In this document: positions 37,162-46,529 of the stretch, in pieces
How the letters are laid out: every line of letters begins with the position of its first letter
Numbering within the stretch: position 1 is the first letter of the stretch
NCBI GenBank assembly: GCA_902522465.1
Contig: CABYVV010000005.1
Location: 26,361-90,360, forward strand
DNA: 64,000 nucleotides
Origin: an uncultured Alphaproteobacteria bacterium
GTDB taxonomy: Bacteria; Pseudomonadota; Alphaproteobacteria; Methylaequorales; Methylaequoraceae
Direction of reading: 5' to 3'
Notes under the pieces: model-generated
Told to the model about the DNA's origin: nothing
The model's database searches: none
The model's input: only the letters and a program-made list of their open reading frames with translations
Translations under genes and position numbers: made by a program

Positions 37162-37887
37162 TCAGTTTATTAGATTCCCGAAGAGGTTTTTTAAATATTT
37201 GCTTTTCTTAGAACTTAAATCACAAACATCCCCTTTCCAATAAACTTGAGAATCTTCCAATACAACAGTTTCCTTAAAGTATTTCATTACACTTTTCATG
37301 TCGGATGTAACAACAATAAGTGTGGTATTTAAACTTGTAGATAATTTCTTTATAATTTTAAATATCATATTTGTTTTTATAGGGTCTAAGCCCGCCGTTG
37401 GCTCATCTAAAATTAAAAACTCTGGTTTGTGAGATATAGCTCTTGCTATCGCAACTCTTTTTCTCATTCCACCAGAAAGTTGATTTGGAAACAAAAAAGC
37501 ATCATTTTTTTCTAACCCCACTAGTTTCAAAATCTCAAAGGTTCTCTTTAATAATTTCTTTTTTGGTTTTTTATCTAGACTTCTAAACATAACATTTTCC
37601 CAAACACTTAAACTGTCAAAAAGAGCATCTTTTTGAAAGACTACTCCAAACCTTTTATAAATTTCACTGATCTCAGGGTCTGTTGTAGAAACTCCGTTAA
37701 TAGTAATATGACCAGAATTCGGTTTAAGTATTCCAATGATTGTTTTCAACAAAGAACTTTTTCCTGAGGACCCTCTTCCTAAAATACACATTGGTTTATT
37801 TGGCATAACAATAAAACTTATGTCTTTGAGTATAGATTTGCGATCTATCGACAGTGATACTTTTTTTAAAACGATTGTATTTTTCAT
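37162..37887 (-). CDS. ABC transporter ATP-binding protein.
   Basis: Walker A GRGSSGKSSLLK, the signature LSGGMRKRVAIARA and Walker B FLILDEPTAGLD. No permease gene is adjacent. Confidence 0.75.
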   Translation of the reverse strand: MKNTIVLKKVSLSIDRKSILKDISFIVMPNKPMCILGRGSSGKSSLLKTIIGILKPNSGHITINGVSTTDPEISEIYKRFGVVFQKDALFDSLSVWENVMFRSLDKKPKKKLLKRTFEILKLVGLEKNDAFLFPNQLSGGMRKRVAIARAISHKPEFLILDEPTAGLDPIKTNMIFKIIKKLSTSLNTTLIVVTSDMKSVMKYFKETVVLEDSQVYWKGDVCDLSSKKSKYLKNLFGNLIN

Positions 37888-37910
37888 CTAATTTAATGCT
37901 ACGATATCAT

Positions 37911-38645
37911 ATGCAGATTAATTATAAACAATCATTTATTGATTTTACTAAAGGATCGGTAATTATAGCAGGTGCTGGGCCAGGAAATATAGAACTGATT
38001 ACACTAAAAGTTTTCAATGCAATCAAAGATGCAGATGTTATAATTTACGATGCTCTTGTCAATAAAGACTTACTAAAATTCTCAAAAAAAAATTCTAAAC
38101 ATATTTTCGGAGGTAAAACAGCCAAAAAAAAGGCTTGCTCGCAAAGTGAAATCAATGAATGGATGATATTTTACGCAAGAAAGAATAAAAGGGTTCTCAG
38201 ATTAAAAGGAGGAGACCCGAGTTTTTTCAGCAGAGGAAGTCAGGAAATAAAATTTCTTAAAGAAAAAAAAATAAAGTATAAGATTTTTTCAGGAATTTCA
38301 TCTTCGCAACAAGCTGTCTTAAATGCCAATTTAGATTTTTTTAATAAATATGGTATATGTAATTTTATTACTGGTCACAGGAAAATTAAAGAAACACAAA
38401 AAATTTCTGATATGAGAAAGATATTTCATAATAAAGGAAAAATCATTGTTTACATGGGTGTTGGACAAATTAAAACAATTTCAAGTGAATTAATTAATCT
38501 TGGCATGAAAACAAATACAAAAGTAACAATAGTATCTAATGCTTCTTTAGATAATCAGAGAATATTTCGGTCTAATATAAGTAAGGTTACTGGACAGGTA
38601 GTCAGAAAAAAGATTCTACCACCTTCTATTATTGTCATAAATTAA
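37911..38645 (+). CDS. cobA: Uroporphyrinogen-III C-methyltransferase.
   Basis: VIIAGAGPGNIELITLKV, VLRLKGGDPSFFSRGSQE, and the tetrapyrrole methylase family. The start was moved from 37854 to the ATG at 37911 to remove a divergent overlap. Confidence 0.8.
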   Translation: MQINYKQSFIDFTKGSVIIAGAGPGNIELITLKVFNAIKDADVIIYDALVNKDLLKFSKKNSKHIFGGKTAKKKACSQSEINEWMIFYARKNKRVLRLKGGDPSFFSRGSQEIKFLKEKKIKYKIFSGISSSQQAVLNANLDFFNKYGICNFITGHRKIKETQKISDMRKIFHNKGKIIVYMGVGQIKTISSELINLGMKTNTKVTIVSNASLDNQRIFRSNISKVTGQVVRKKILPPSIIVIN

Positions 38646-38658
38646 AGTTACAAATAAA

Positions 38659-39519
38659 ATGAAAAAATACATTGAGTCTTCATTTTTATTTATTTTCTTT
38701 TATTTATTTAAAATCTTTGGAGTTCGGATGTCATCCTTCTTAGGAGGGGTTACACTTTACTCTTATGGATTATTCTCAAAGAGAAACACAATTATTGAGA
38801 AAAATTTGAAGAGAGTTTTTCCAAAAATTACTGAAAGTAAATCAAAAGAATTAATACACAAAATGTGGTTTCATTTTGGAAGGGTTATCGGAGAATATCC
38901 AAATTTAAATCGTCTTGAAGTAGGTAAAAATAAGAATATAACAATTTCAAATCAAAAAAACCTACTAGACCCTCTAAAAAAAAATAAAAATTGTCTTTTT
39001 TTTTCAGCTCATATTGGCAACTGGGAGTTAACATCCCATTTACTCACTAAGCTCGGATTCAAGATTCATTTCATTTATAGAGCCCCTAATAATAGATATG
39101 CTGATAATTTATTAAGAAAAATTAGAAAAAGCTATGGTGTAGGTTTGATAAGGAAAGGTAAACATGGTGCAAGACAATGTTTAAAAATACTTAATAAAAA
39201 AGGTGGACATATTGGTATGTTAATTGATCAAAAAATGAATGACGGTATAGACTCACTCTTTTTTAATGAATTAGTGAAATCTCCCTCTGCAATTGCAAAA
39301 TTTGCATTGAAATTTAAATGTCCAATTATACCAGCAGTTTGTATACGAAAAAATTCTATTTTTTTTAATGTTTCATATTTAAAGCCAATTTCAGTCTCAA
39401 AGATAAAAAAACTAGGAAGTGAAAAAAAAATCATGGATTATCTCAATAAATACGTTGAAAATTGGATAAAGCAAAATCCTGAACAGTGGATCTGGTTCCA
39501 TAATAGATGGAATGATTAA
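38659..39519 (+). CDS. lpxL: Lipid A biosynthesis lauroyl/myristoyl acyltransferase of the LpxL/HtrB family.
   Basis: An N-terminal TM segment and the HX4D-type motif FFSAHIGNWEL. Confidence 0.7.
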   Translation: MKKYIESSFLFIFFYLFKIFGVRMSSFLGGVTLYSYGLFSKRNTIIEKNLKRVFPKITESKSKELIHKMWFHFGRVIGEYPNLNRLEVGKNKNITISNQKNLLDPLKKNKNCLFFSAHIGNWELTSHLLTKLGFKIHFIYRAPNNRYADNLLRKIRKSYGVGLIRKGKHGARQCLKILNKKGGHIGMLIDQKMNDGIDSLFFNELVKSPSAIAKFALKFKCPIIPAVCIRKNSIFFNVSYLKPISVSKIKKLGSEKKIMDYLNKYVENWIKQNPEQWIWFHNRWND

Positions 39520-40448
39520 AGAATAGATTTTACAACATTAGAAACCCTAGAAGCTTCATTAATTGGTTTATAGCTCCAAAAACTTAATTTTCCATAAAAA
39601 AATTTTATTACACTTCTTTTTTTTAGAATTAGGGAAAAATCTTTAATTTTTTTTTTTAATTTTTTTACTTCATGAATAAATACAGGTTTCCCAGTTGAAA
39701 TGCAATCGGAGATCATACTGACTGAATCTTGAGTAACGATAAAAAACTCAGAATATTTTATAAGGTACCAGTAGGGATTTGGTTCCTTGTAATCATATAA
39801 AAGATGTGTTGATTTTTTATTCTCCAATATTATTTGTTTAATTATTTGTTCTGTTCTTCTCGATAAGCAATAAATAATATGTACGCTATCTTTAATATTG
39901 TTAACATATTTTACCAACTTTAAAGCATCTTCCTTTGTTAAATTAGAACTTTTTCCTGAACCACCCACAAAACATGAAACAATTTTCCTTTTTCTAAATA
40001 AATCCTGATATTTTTTTTTTTCATTATTTTCCAAAGGTTTTTTATCAACTAAAGTTCCAAAGATTTTTACTGTATTATTTAAATTTTTAACTCTTTTAAA
40101 ATCATGTGATGGTAAAATAATTAGATCAAAGCTTTTTCTTAAAAGGTAAGGATCAAAAATATGGACATTTCTACAAGAATTTTTTTTTTTTATTAATATA
40201 CTATAAGGCGCAGAGATTCTTCCACATGAAATTATTAGATCACAATAATTTACTTGTATTTTTTTTTTATAATTATTTAAATTTAGAAAAAAAAAAATTA
40301 AGAAATTTGGCAAATAATGTATAATCTCTCTTTTTATGGTTAGATACTCGATTTTAACTTTTTGCTTCTTTCTAAGGTATCCTGTCAAAGCCATACATTG
40401 ATTCAAGCTACTTTTTTTTTCATCGGTTATGATAAGTATTCTTTTCAT
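39516..40448 (-). CDS. ELM1/DUF1022-family protein, a putative glycosyltransferase-like protein.
   Basis: The N-terminus RILIITDEKKSSLNQCMALTGYL resembles the DUF1022 start. It lies next to lipid A genes. Confidence 0.4.
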   Translation of the reverse strand: MKRILIITDEKKSSLNQCMALTGYLRKKQKVKIEYLTIKREIIHYLPNFLIFFFLNLNNYKKKIQVNYCDLIISCGRISAPYSILIKKKNSCRNVHIFDPYLLRKSFDLIILPSHDFKRVKNLNNTVKIFGTLVDKKPLENNEKKKYQDLFRKRKIVSCFVGGSGKSSNLTKEDALKLVKYVNNIKDSVHIIYCLSRRTEQIIKQIILENKKSTHLLYDYKEPNPYWYLIKYSEFFIVTQDSVSMISDCISTGKPVFIHEVKKLKKKIKDFSLILKKRSVIKFFYGKLSFWSYKPINEASRVSNVVKSIL

Positions 40449-41145
40449 AAAAATATTTTTTTTTTAAAAATAAGTATATTAATCTTTTATATAAAATTGC
40501 TAAATAGATCATAAATATCATCGCAAAAATATTGTCACTAAAAAAGTGTCCTCCCATTGCCATTCTACAAAAAAATACTAAGAAACCTAATATAAAGTTT
40601 AAGATTAAAAAATAATGTTTTTTTAAAAGTATTGTACCTACTACAAATGAGAATGCTGCTGAAGTTTCACCACTAATCCAAGAACAGTTTCGCTCACATT
40701 GATCTGATTTTAAAAATGCTGGAGTAAATATTTTTTTTCCACCAAATTCCTCAACATGTACTGGCCTAGCTCTGCCCCATGTGTCTTTAAAATATAGATT
40801 TGCAATAATACCACAGCCAACAATAGGTCCAATTATCAGACCTATCATCGAATATTTTATTCTGAATTTATTATTAATTTGAATTTTTTGTGATTTATTT
40901 ATCATTTGAATAAATAAAATAAAAATTGCAAAGATTGGAATTATAATCATCAACTCTTTTAGGATAACCCTTAAATCCTTAATAAATATAAAATGCTCTG
41001 AGATAAATTTATTTTTGTAAAAAAAAATTTTTGATAAAAAAATGTCTAAGTTAGGAAAGAATAAAAAAAGGAAAAAAAAGAAAAAAAAAAGAACTGTATT
41101 ATAAAAAAATAAATTCTTAACTAATTTTTCATACATTAGCGACAA
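40420..41145 (-). CDS. PAP2-family membrane phosphatase, an LpxE-like candidate lipid A phosphatase.
   Basis: The PAP2 motifs KDTWGRARP (KX6RP), SGET (a degenerate PSGH) and RMAMGGHFFSD (SRX5HX3D), with multiple TM segments. Confidence 0.6.
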   Translation of the reverse strand: MSLMYEKLVKNLFFYNTVLFFFFFFLFLFFPNLDIFLSKIFFYKNKFISEHFIFIKDLRVILKELMIIIPIFAIFILFIQMINKSQKIQINNKFRIKYSMIGLIIGPIVGCGIIANLYFKDTWGRARPVHVEEFGGKKIFTPAFLKSDQCERNCSWISGETSAAFSFVVGTILLKKHYFLILNFILGFLVFFCRMAMGGHFFSDNIFAMIFMIYLAILYKRLIYLFLKKKYFYEKNTYHNR

Positions 41146-41151
41146 GAGTTT

Positions 41152-41535
41152 CTACTTAAAATTTCTTTTTGGTTTAAGTACATTCAAGTATCGTAATCTT
41201 AAAACTATTATTGCAAGAGCTATTATTAAAATTGCTAATGATTCATAAATTAAAATTGATGGATCCAAATCTTTTTTCTGCAGTATTATTAATCTTGATA
41301 TAGCTGTTATTGCAATTACTAGTGGATAAGTTATTCTGATTTCAGCATTTGCAAGATAGACCCTAATCATACCCATAACTTCAACATAAATGAAAAGTAG
41401 AAGTAAATCAGCCAACTCAACCTTCATCTTTTTTACCATTAAGGTTATTTCACTGACAAAACCGACAATGGCTCCAGCCAAAATCAAAAGAACAGAGATG
41501 ATTTGTATTAAACGTATAACTTTTTCTACATTCAT
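41152..41535 (-). CDS. Small four-TM membrane protein, possibly PsiE-like.
   Basis: 127 aa with four hydrophobic helices. The family assignment is weak. Confidence 0.35.
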   Translation of the reverse strand: MNVEKVIRLIQIISVLLILAGAIVGFVSEITLMVKKMKVELADLLLLFIYVEVMGMIRVYLANAEIRITYPLVIAITAISRLIILQKKDLDPSILIYESLAILIIALAIIVLRLRYLNVLKPKRNFK

Positions 41536-41549
41536 AAATATATAATTGC

Positions 41550-42674
41550 TTATTTTTGAATTAAGTCAATTAAACATTTAATCAAATAATCTATTTCATA
41601 AAAAGTATTATATGAATGTATTGATATTCTGTTTAGACTTTTAATTTTATTTTTCTTAAAATAGAATTCACACGTCTCTTTTTTTGTAATGGATGAGAGA
41701 ATTCTTTTTTTTATTAAGTAATTATAAATTTGTTCAGAATTAATACCTTCGATATTAAATGTATTTATGCCAGATAAAAGTTTTGTATTTTCATAGAATT
41801 TAATTTTGTTGTATTTTTTAAGTTTGAATCGTAAATAACTACTTTTCTTTCTTATGTCTAATTCGATTTTTTGTATCGACTTTTTATTAATACAGTCAAT
41901 CGCCTCTGTTAGGCCTAATTTTAATGCTGGAGAATATTCAAAATTTTCAAATATTTTTGATTTTACAATTTTTATTTTATCTTGAACTATTTTTGAATTT
42001 TTCAAATCTAGTATATTTGGACATACAAAGTTAAGAACATTAGAGTTGACATAAATAAAACCAGTCCCTCTTGGGCCTCTTAAATATTTTCTTCCTGAAC
42101 CCACTAAAACATCACATTTTATTTTTTTAACATTAATATTGACCTGACCTAGTGATTGACAGGCATCCACAATAAAAAGTGCTTTTGGATTTTTTTGCTT
42201 AATGGATCTACCAATTTTTTCAACCTCTATTATGTCTCCACATTGTGAAGCTATGTGACAAACACAAATCGCAACTGTATTTTCATCAATTTTACTTTCT
42301 AAATCTTTAATGCAAACACTACCATCCTTTTTTAATTTTGAAATTCTAATATTTATAGAATTTTTTTTAAAATAAATAAAATTGCTTCCATACTCATTAT
42401 CTAAAATTATAACATTATCATTTTTAGAAATTTTTATAGAGTTTAAAAATAAATTCCAGGCTATAGTTGAGTTTTGGAGAAAAGATACTTCATTTTCATT
42501 ACATTTAATCAATTTTGCTAAACTTTTATAAAATCTATTAATTTTTTTTTTATAAATGAATTCAGCAAGATATCCTCCATATTTCTTTTCAATTAGTAAG
42601 TAATTATTGATTGCCTCATCAACAGAATTAAAGGATTTACTTGAACCTGCGTTATTAAAGTTTACGTAATTCAA
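41550..42674 (-). CDS. egtE: Class V PLP-dependent aminotransferase/C-S lyase, a candidate EgtE.
   Basis: The class V fold (DACQSLGQ...GSGRKYLRGPRGTGFIYV). It has a 4 nt overlap with egtD and lies last in the egtB-egtD-egtE operon. Confidence 0.65.
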   Translation of the reverse strand: MNYVNFNNAGSSKSFNSVDEAINNYLLIEKKYGGYLAEFIYKKKINRFYKSLAKLIKCNENEVSFLQNSTIAWNLFLNSIKISKNDNVIILDNEYGSNFIYFKKNSINIRISKLKKDGSVCIKDLESKIDENTVAICVCHIASQCGDIIEVEKIGRSIKQKNPKALFIVDACQSLGQVNINVKKIKCDVLVGSGRKYLRGPRGTGFIYVNSNVLNFVCPNILDLKNSKIVQDKIKIVKSKIFENFEYSPALKLGLTEAIDCINKKSIQKIELDIRKKSSYLRFKLKKYNKIKFYENTKLLSGINTFNIEGINSEQIYNYLIKKRILSSITKKETCEFYFKKNKIKSLNRISIHSYNTFYEIDYLIKCLIDLIQK

Positions 42675-43648
42675 AAACTAACAACTTTCAAAAAAAAAAT
42701 ACCAAAAAAGGATTTTTTATCCTTCAAGACTTTTTTTATCTCCATTTGTGCTGTTCCAGCAAGCTTTTTAAAATTTTCAATAGAATATTTATAGGAATTT
42801 TCAGTATGGATGGTCTCACCAGTTTTAAAAGTAATATGATTATTGATAAAATTCACTGAATGATCCTTATTACTAACCAGATGCATCTCCAACCTACTTT
42901 TTTCATTATTAAAAAAGGCCTTATGATTAAAATTATCTGAATCAAAAGAAGTATTAAATTTTTTGTTTAAACCGTTTAAAATATTTTTATTAAATAATTC
43001 AGTTACACCCTCTGAGTCGTTATAAGCTTTTTCGATTATTGTTTTATCTTTTTTAAGGTCTACTCCTACTATCAAAAAATTATCTGGCCCTAAAATATTT
43101 GAAAAACTTTTCAATAATTTTTTTGCATCACTTGGACAATAATTTCCAATTGTTGATCCTGGAAAAAAACCAATTTTTTTTTTCGAACTATCTGTCAATT
43201 TTTTAATACTTTTAATTTGATTAAAATCAGCACAAATAGCTTTAACCTTGAGATTTGGAAAATATTTTGCTGAATGAAGAGCATTTTTAAATAAAAAATC
43301 TTTACTTATGTCAATTGGAATATATTCAACTGGTTTTTTTAATGATTTAAGGAGTCTTTTTATTTTTTCATTTGATCCACTTCCAAATTCAATTACAGAG
43401 GAATCTGATGGTAAGTAATCATAAAATTCTTTTCTATTATCATCTAATATTTCGATTTCTTTTTGAGTTGGATAATAATCTTTTAATTTGGTGATTTTAT
43501 CAAATAAAATAGACCCAGTTTCATCATAGAAAAATTTTGAACTAATTTGTTTTTGTTGTTTATTTAACAAACCATTTAAAATTTCACTCGTATCATTTTT
43601 GATTGAATTATAAATATTATGATAGCTTATATTTTCTATACTTTTCAT
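42671..43648 (-). CDS. egtD: L-histidine N-alpha-methyltransferase EgtD.
   Basis: The EgtD signature FFYDETGSILFDKITKLKDYYPTQKEIEIL and a SAM-binding fold (VIEFGSGSNEK). The start was chosen at the internal Met that gives an ATGA overlap with the egtB stop. Confidence 0.8.
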   Translation of the reverse strand: MKSIENISYHNIYNSIKNDTSEILNGLLNKQQKQISSKFFYDETGSILFDKITKLKDYYPTQKEIEILDDNRKEFYDYLPSDSSVIEFGSGSNEKIKRLLKSLKKPVEYIPIDISKDFLFKNALHSAKYFPNLKVKAICADFNQIKSIKKLTDSSKKKIGFFPGSTIGNYCPSDAKKLLKSFSNILGPDNFLIVGVDLKKDKTIIEKAYNDSEGVTELFNKNILNGLNKKFNTSFDSDNFNHKAFFNNEKSRLEMHLVSNKDHSVNFINNHITFKTGETIHTENSYKYSIENFKKLAGTAQMEIKKVLKDKKSFFGIFFLKVVSF

Positions 43649-44889
43649 AGGTCTTCTACGAGTCTCAAACCTGAAAATTGCCATCTATTGTGAGGATAGT
43701 AAAAATTCCTATAAGAAGATCTAATATGTTTTTTTGGAGTTGCGAATGATCCACCCTTGAGAACAAATTGGTTACACATAAATTTACTATTATATTCCAT
43801 AAGTTCTTTTTTATACGGTTTGTAATTTTTAAAAGGGGCATAGTTACTGCAAGTCCATAACCAAAGATTCCCATATAGTGATTTTGCATAATTTTGGTTT
43901 TTATAACTCACTTCCATAAAGTTGTTGTTCTCTAAAAAATTACCTTTTATCGATTTTTGTTTTAACAAATATTCAAGTTCAAACTCAGAGGGCAATCTTA
44001 ATCCTTTATACTTTGCATATGCACACGCCTCATAGAAACTTATATGTGAAACAGGTAAAGAATCTTCAATTTTTATTACACCTTTTAAAGTAAAATGGAA
44101 GTTATTATCTAACCAATACAAAGGTTTTGTAATATTATTTTTTTTTATAAATTCCCATCCATCAGATAACCAATATTCATGCGATTGATAGCCACCTTCT
44201 TTAATAAATTCTTTCCAATCTTTATTTGTTACATAATTAGTTAATTTTAAGGGATCAATAGAACTAAGGCCTTTTGGCATTTCATTATCATAACAAAAGG
44301 TCTCTGCTGAACATCCATACTCGAATTTTTTTATTTTACTTATAACAAATTCATTGTTATTTGTTTTTGGTGATTTGTCCAAAGCACCTAAAACTGAATA
44401 GGAAGGCTTTAAAGGATTAGAATAAAAAATATTTTTTATATCCATTAAAATTAACTCTTGATGTTGTTCTTCATGATTAATTCCAATTTCTATTAGGAAG
44501 TTTACTGAATTATTATTTTTTAATAATTTAATTATGTTTTCATCAATACTTTCTCTATATTTTAAAATTTCTTTTAAAAGAGGCCTGTTTAAATAACCCC
44601 TTTTTTCTCTGGAGTTGAATGGACCAACGCTGTTGTAATATGAATTAAAAATAAAATCAAATTCCTTACCAAAAATTTGGTATTCCTTAAGGTATGGGAC
44701 AAGTAAAAATTTCTCAAAAAACCATGTAGTATGACCAAGATGCCATTTGATTGGACTGACGAAATCTTCGGTTTGAATAACCATATCTTCGGAATGAAGA
44801 TTAGAAATCAAGTGATTTGTCTTTTTTCTAGTTTTAATAAACTCATCAATCAATGAATTTTCTTTGAGTTTCTTTAAAGATCCATCCAT
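43645..44889 (-). CDS. egtB: Ergothioneine biosynthesis sulfoxide synthase EgtB, a DinB_2 domain plus an FGE-sulfatase-like domain.
   Basis: A DinB-like N-domain with the iron ligands HX3HXE (INHEEQHQE) and a C-terminal FGE-like domain (GNLWLWTCSNY...GGSFATP...). Confidence 0.85.
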   Translation of the reverse strand: MDGSLKKLKENSLIDEFIKTRKKTNHLISNLHSEDMVIQTEDFVSPIKWHLGHTTWFFEKFLLVPYLKEYQIFGKEFDFIFNSYYNSVGPFNSREKRGYLNRPLLKEILKYRESIDENIIKLLKNNNSVNFLIEIGINHEEQHQELILMDIKNIFYSNPLKPSYSVLGALDKSPKTNNNEFVISKIKKFEYGCSAETFCYDNEMPKGLSSIDPLKLTNYVTNKDWKEFIKEGGYQSHEYWLSDGWEFIKKNNITKPLYWLDNNFHFTLKGVIKIEDSLPVSHISFYEACAYAKYKGLRLPSEFELEYLLKQKSIKGNFLENNNFMEVSYKNQNYAKSLYGNLWLWTCSNYAPFKNYKPYKKELMEYNSKFMCNQFVLKGGSFATPKKHIRSSYRNFYYPHNRWQFSGLRLVEDL

Positions 44890-44995
44890 AGGGTTATTAT
44901 TAAAGATTTTTTTTAGAAGTCAACTTTCTGTTTCATTATTAAAGAAATTTAATTAAATAATAAGTAAACTTTGGTTATTTATACTCAATTATTTT

Positions 44996-45394
44996 TTAAT
45001 AAATTAAGATACTCGCAACACTTAACGCATAATTTTTTTCATGAGAAATTGAAACAGAAACTAATACCTTACTATTTTTTTTTTTAAGTCCGGTTAATAT
45101 TTTTTTGGATCGACCAACTAAGTTAATTTCAGGCTTATTAAACTTGTTGTTAATTATTTCTATATTTTTATATGTGACACCATTTCTAAATCCAAAGCCT
45201 AAGGCTTTACTTACCGCCTCTTTTGCTGCAAATATACCGGATAATTTTTCATTTCTTTTTTTAGTGTTGGAATAATTAAAATTGAGTAATTCTTTTTCTG
45301 ACAATATTTTATTAAAAAATTTTTTTCCATACAATGAAATTACTTTTTTAATTCGTTTCGTTTCTACAATATCTATGCCTTGAGAAAAATACAT
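44996..45394 (-). CDS. acpS: Holo-[acyl-carrier-protein] synthase.
   Basis: 132 aa. GIDIVETKRI and FAAKEAVSKALG are typical of AcpS. Confidence 0.8.
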   Translation of the reverse strand: MYFSQGIDIVETKRIKKVISLYGKKFFNKILSEKELLNFNYSNTKKRNEKLSGIFAAKEAVSKALGFGFRNGVTYKNIEIINNKFNKPEINLVGRSKKILTGLKKKNSKVLVSVSISHEKNYALSVASILIY

Positions 45395-45417
45395 AGTTTA
45401 ATTTATCATCAAAAAAT

Positions 45418-46527
45418 TTATTTAAAATATTTTTTACAATATTCTGTTACATAATTTCCAATGGGTATTGATGAAGTCAATCCAGGGGATTCAATACCTA
45501 GTAAATTTACCAAACCTTTAATTTTATGATCATTAAATGTTTGGATTATAAAATCATTGTCATCAACTTTTGTTCTTATACCACAATAGTCAATTTCAAC
45601 TTTTCTAGATATTATATTTGGCCAAAATGAAGATATAGATTTAATGAATTTACTAACTATATTCTCATTTACATTATAATTAATCTCCTCAACAACTTCT
45701 TCATCTGGTCCAAATATTGTCTGATTACTCAAATTTATAGTTGAATGAATCCCTAATCCATCTTTGGATGGAAGTGGATAAATCAGTCGTTTAAAAGGAG
45801 ATTTTCCAGATAATTTTATATAATTTCCTTTAACATACTTAATATTTGGAACGAAATAATTTTTTTTTTTACTTATTTCTTTAGCTAATTTATGGCTATT
45901 CAAACCAGCACTATTTATAAATATTTTGGTTGAATAACTTTGAGTATTATTTACTGTAAATCTTATTGTATTATTTATAATATCTTCAATTCCGACTTTA
46001 CAATTATAAACTACTTTCCCATTATTTTTTTCTATATCAACAATAAAATTTAACATCAAATCGTGAACATCAATTATACCTGTACTATCGGATAGCAAAG
46101 CAGAATGACAAGTAAGGTCTGGTTCAATAAGTTTTAACTCTTGCAAACTTAAATGTTTAAGGATTACATTATTTTTTTTAGCATTTTTTTGCAATTTAAA
46201 AAGTTTATCTGTTTCTTTATAGTTTTTAGCAAATATAATCTTCCCACACTTTTTAAATTTAATTTTTCTGTTTGATGCATATTCATATAATGCTTTATTT
46301 CCTTCTCTACAAAAAATTGATTTGAATGATGACTGATTGTAGTAGATACCTGCATGTATAACACCACTATTTCTTGAACTAGTTTCCTGACCAAAGTTAC
46401 TGTTTGATTCCAGCACTGTAACTCGAAATCCTGATTTAGATAGACTCCTTGCTACCGACAAACCTATTACCCCCGCCCCTACAACAACACAATCAAAGTC
46501 ATATTTTTTGTTTTTTCTATATATCAT
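45418..46527 (-). CDS. FAD-dependent oxidoreductase, L-2-hydroxyglutarate oxidase-like.
   Basis: The Rossmann motif VVVGAGVIGLSVA and SRNSGVIHAGIYY match the LhgO/DAO family. Confidence 0.7.
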   Translation of the reverse strand: MIYRKNKKYDFDCVVVGAGVIGLSVARSLSKSGFRVTVLESNSNFGQETSSRNSGVIHAGIYYNQSSFKSIFCREGNKALYEYASNRKIKFKKCGKIIFAKNYKETDKLFKLQKNAKKNNVILKHLSLQELKLIEPDLTCHSALLSDSTGIIDVHDLMLNFIVDIEKNNGKVVYNCKVGIEDIINNTIRFTVNNTQSYSTKIFINSAGLNSHKLAKEISKKKNYFVPNIKYVKGNYIKLSGKSPFKRLIYPLPSKDGLGIHSTINLSNQTIFGPDEEVVEEINYNVNENIVSKFIKSISSFWPNIISRKVEIDYCGIRTKVDDNDFIIQTFNDHKIKGLVNLLGIESPGLTSSIPIGNYVTEYCKKYFK

Positions 46528-46529
46528 TA

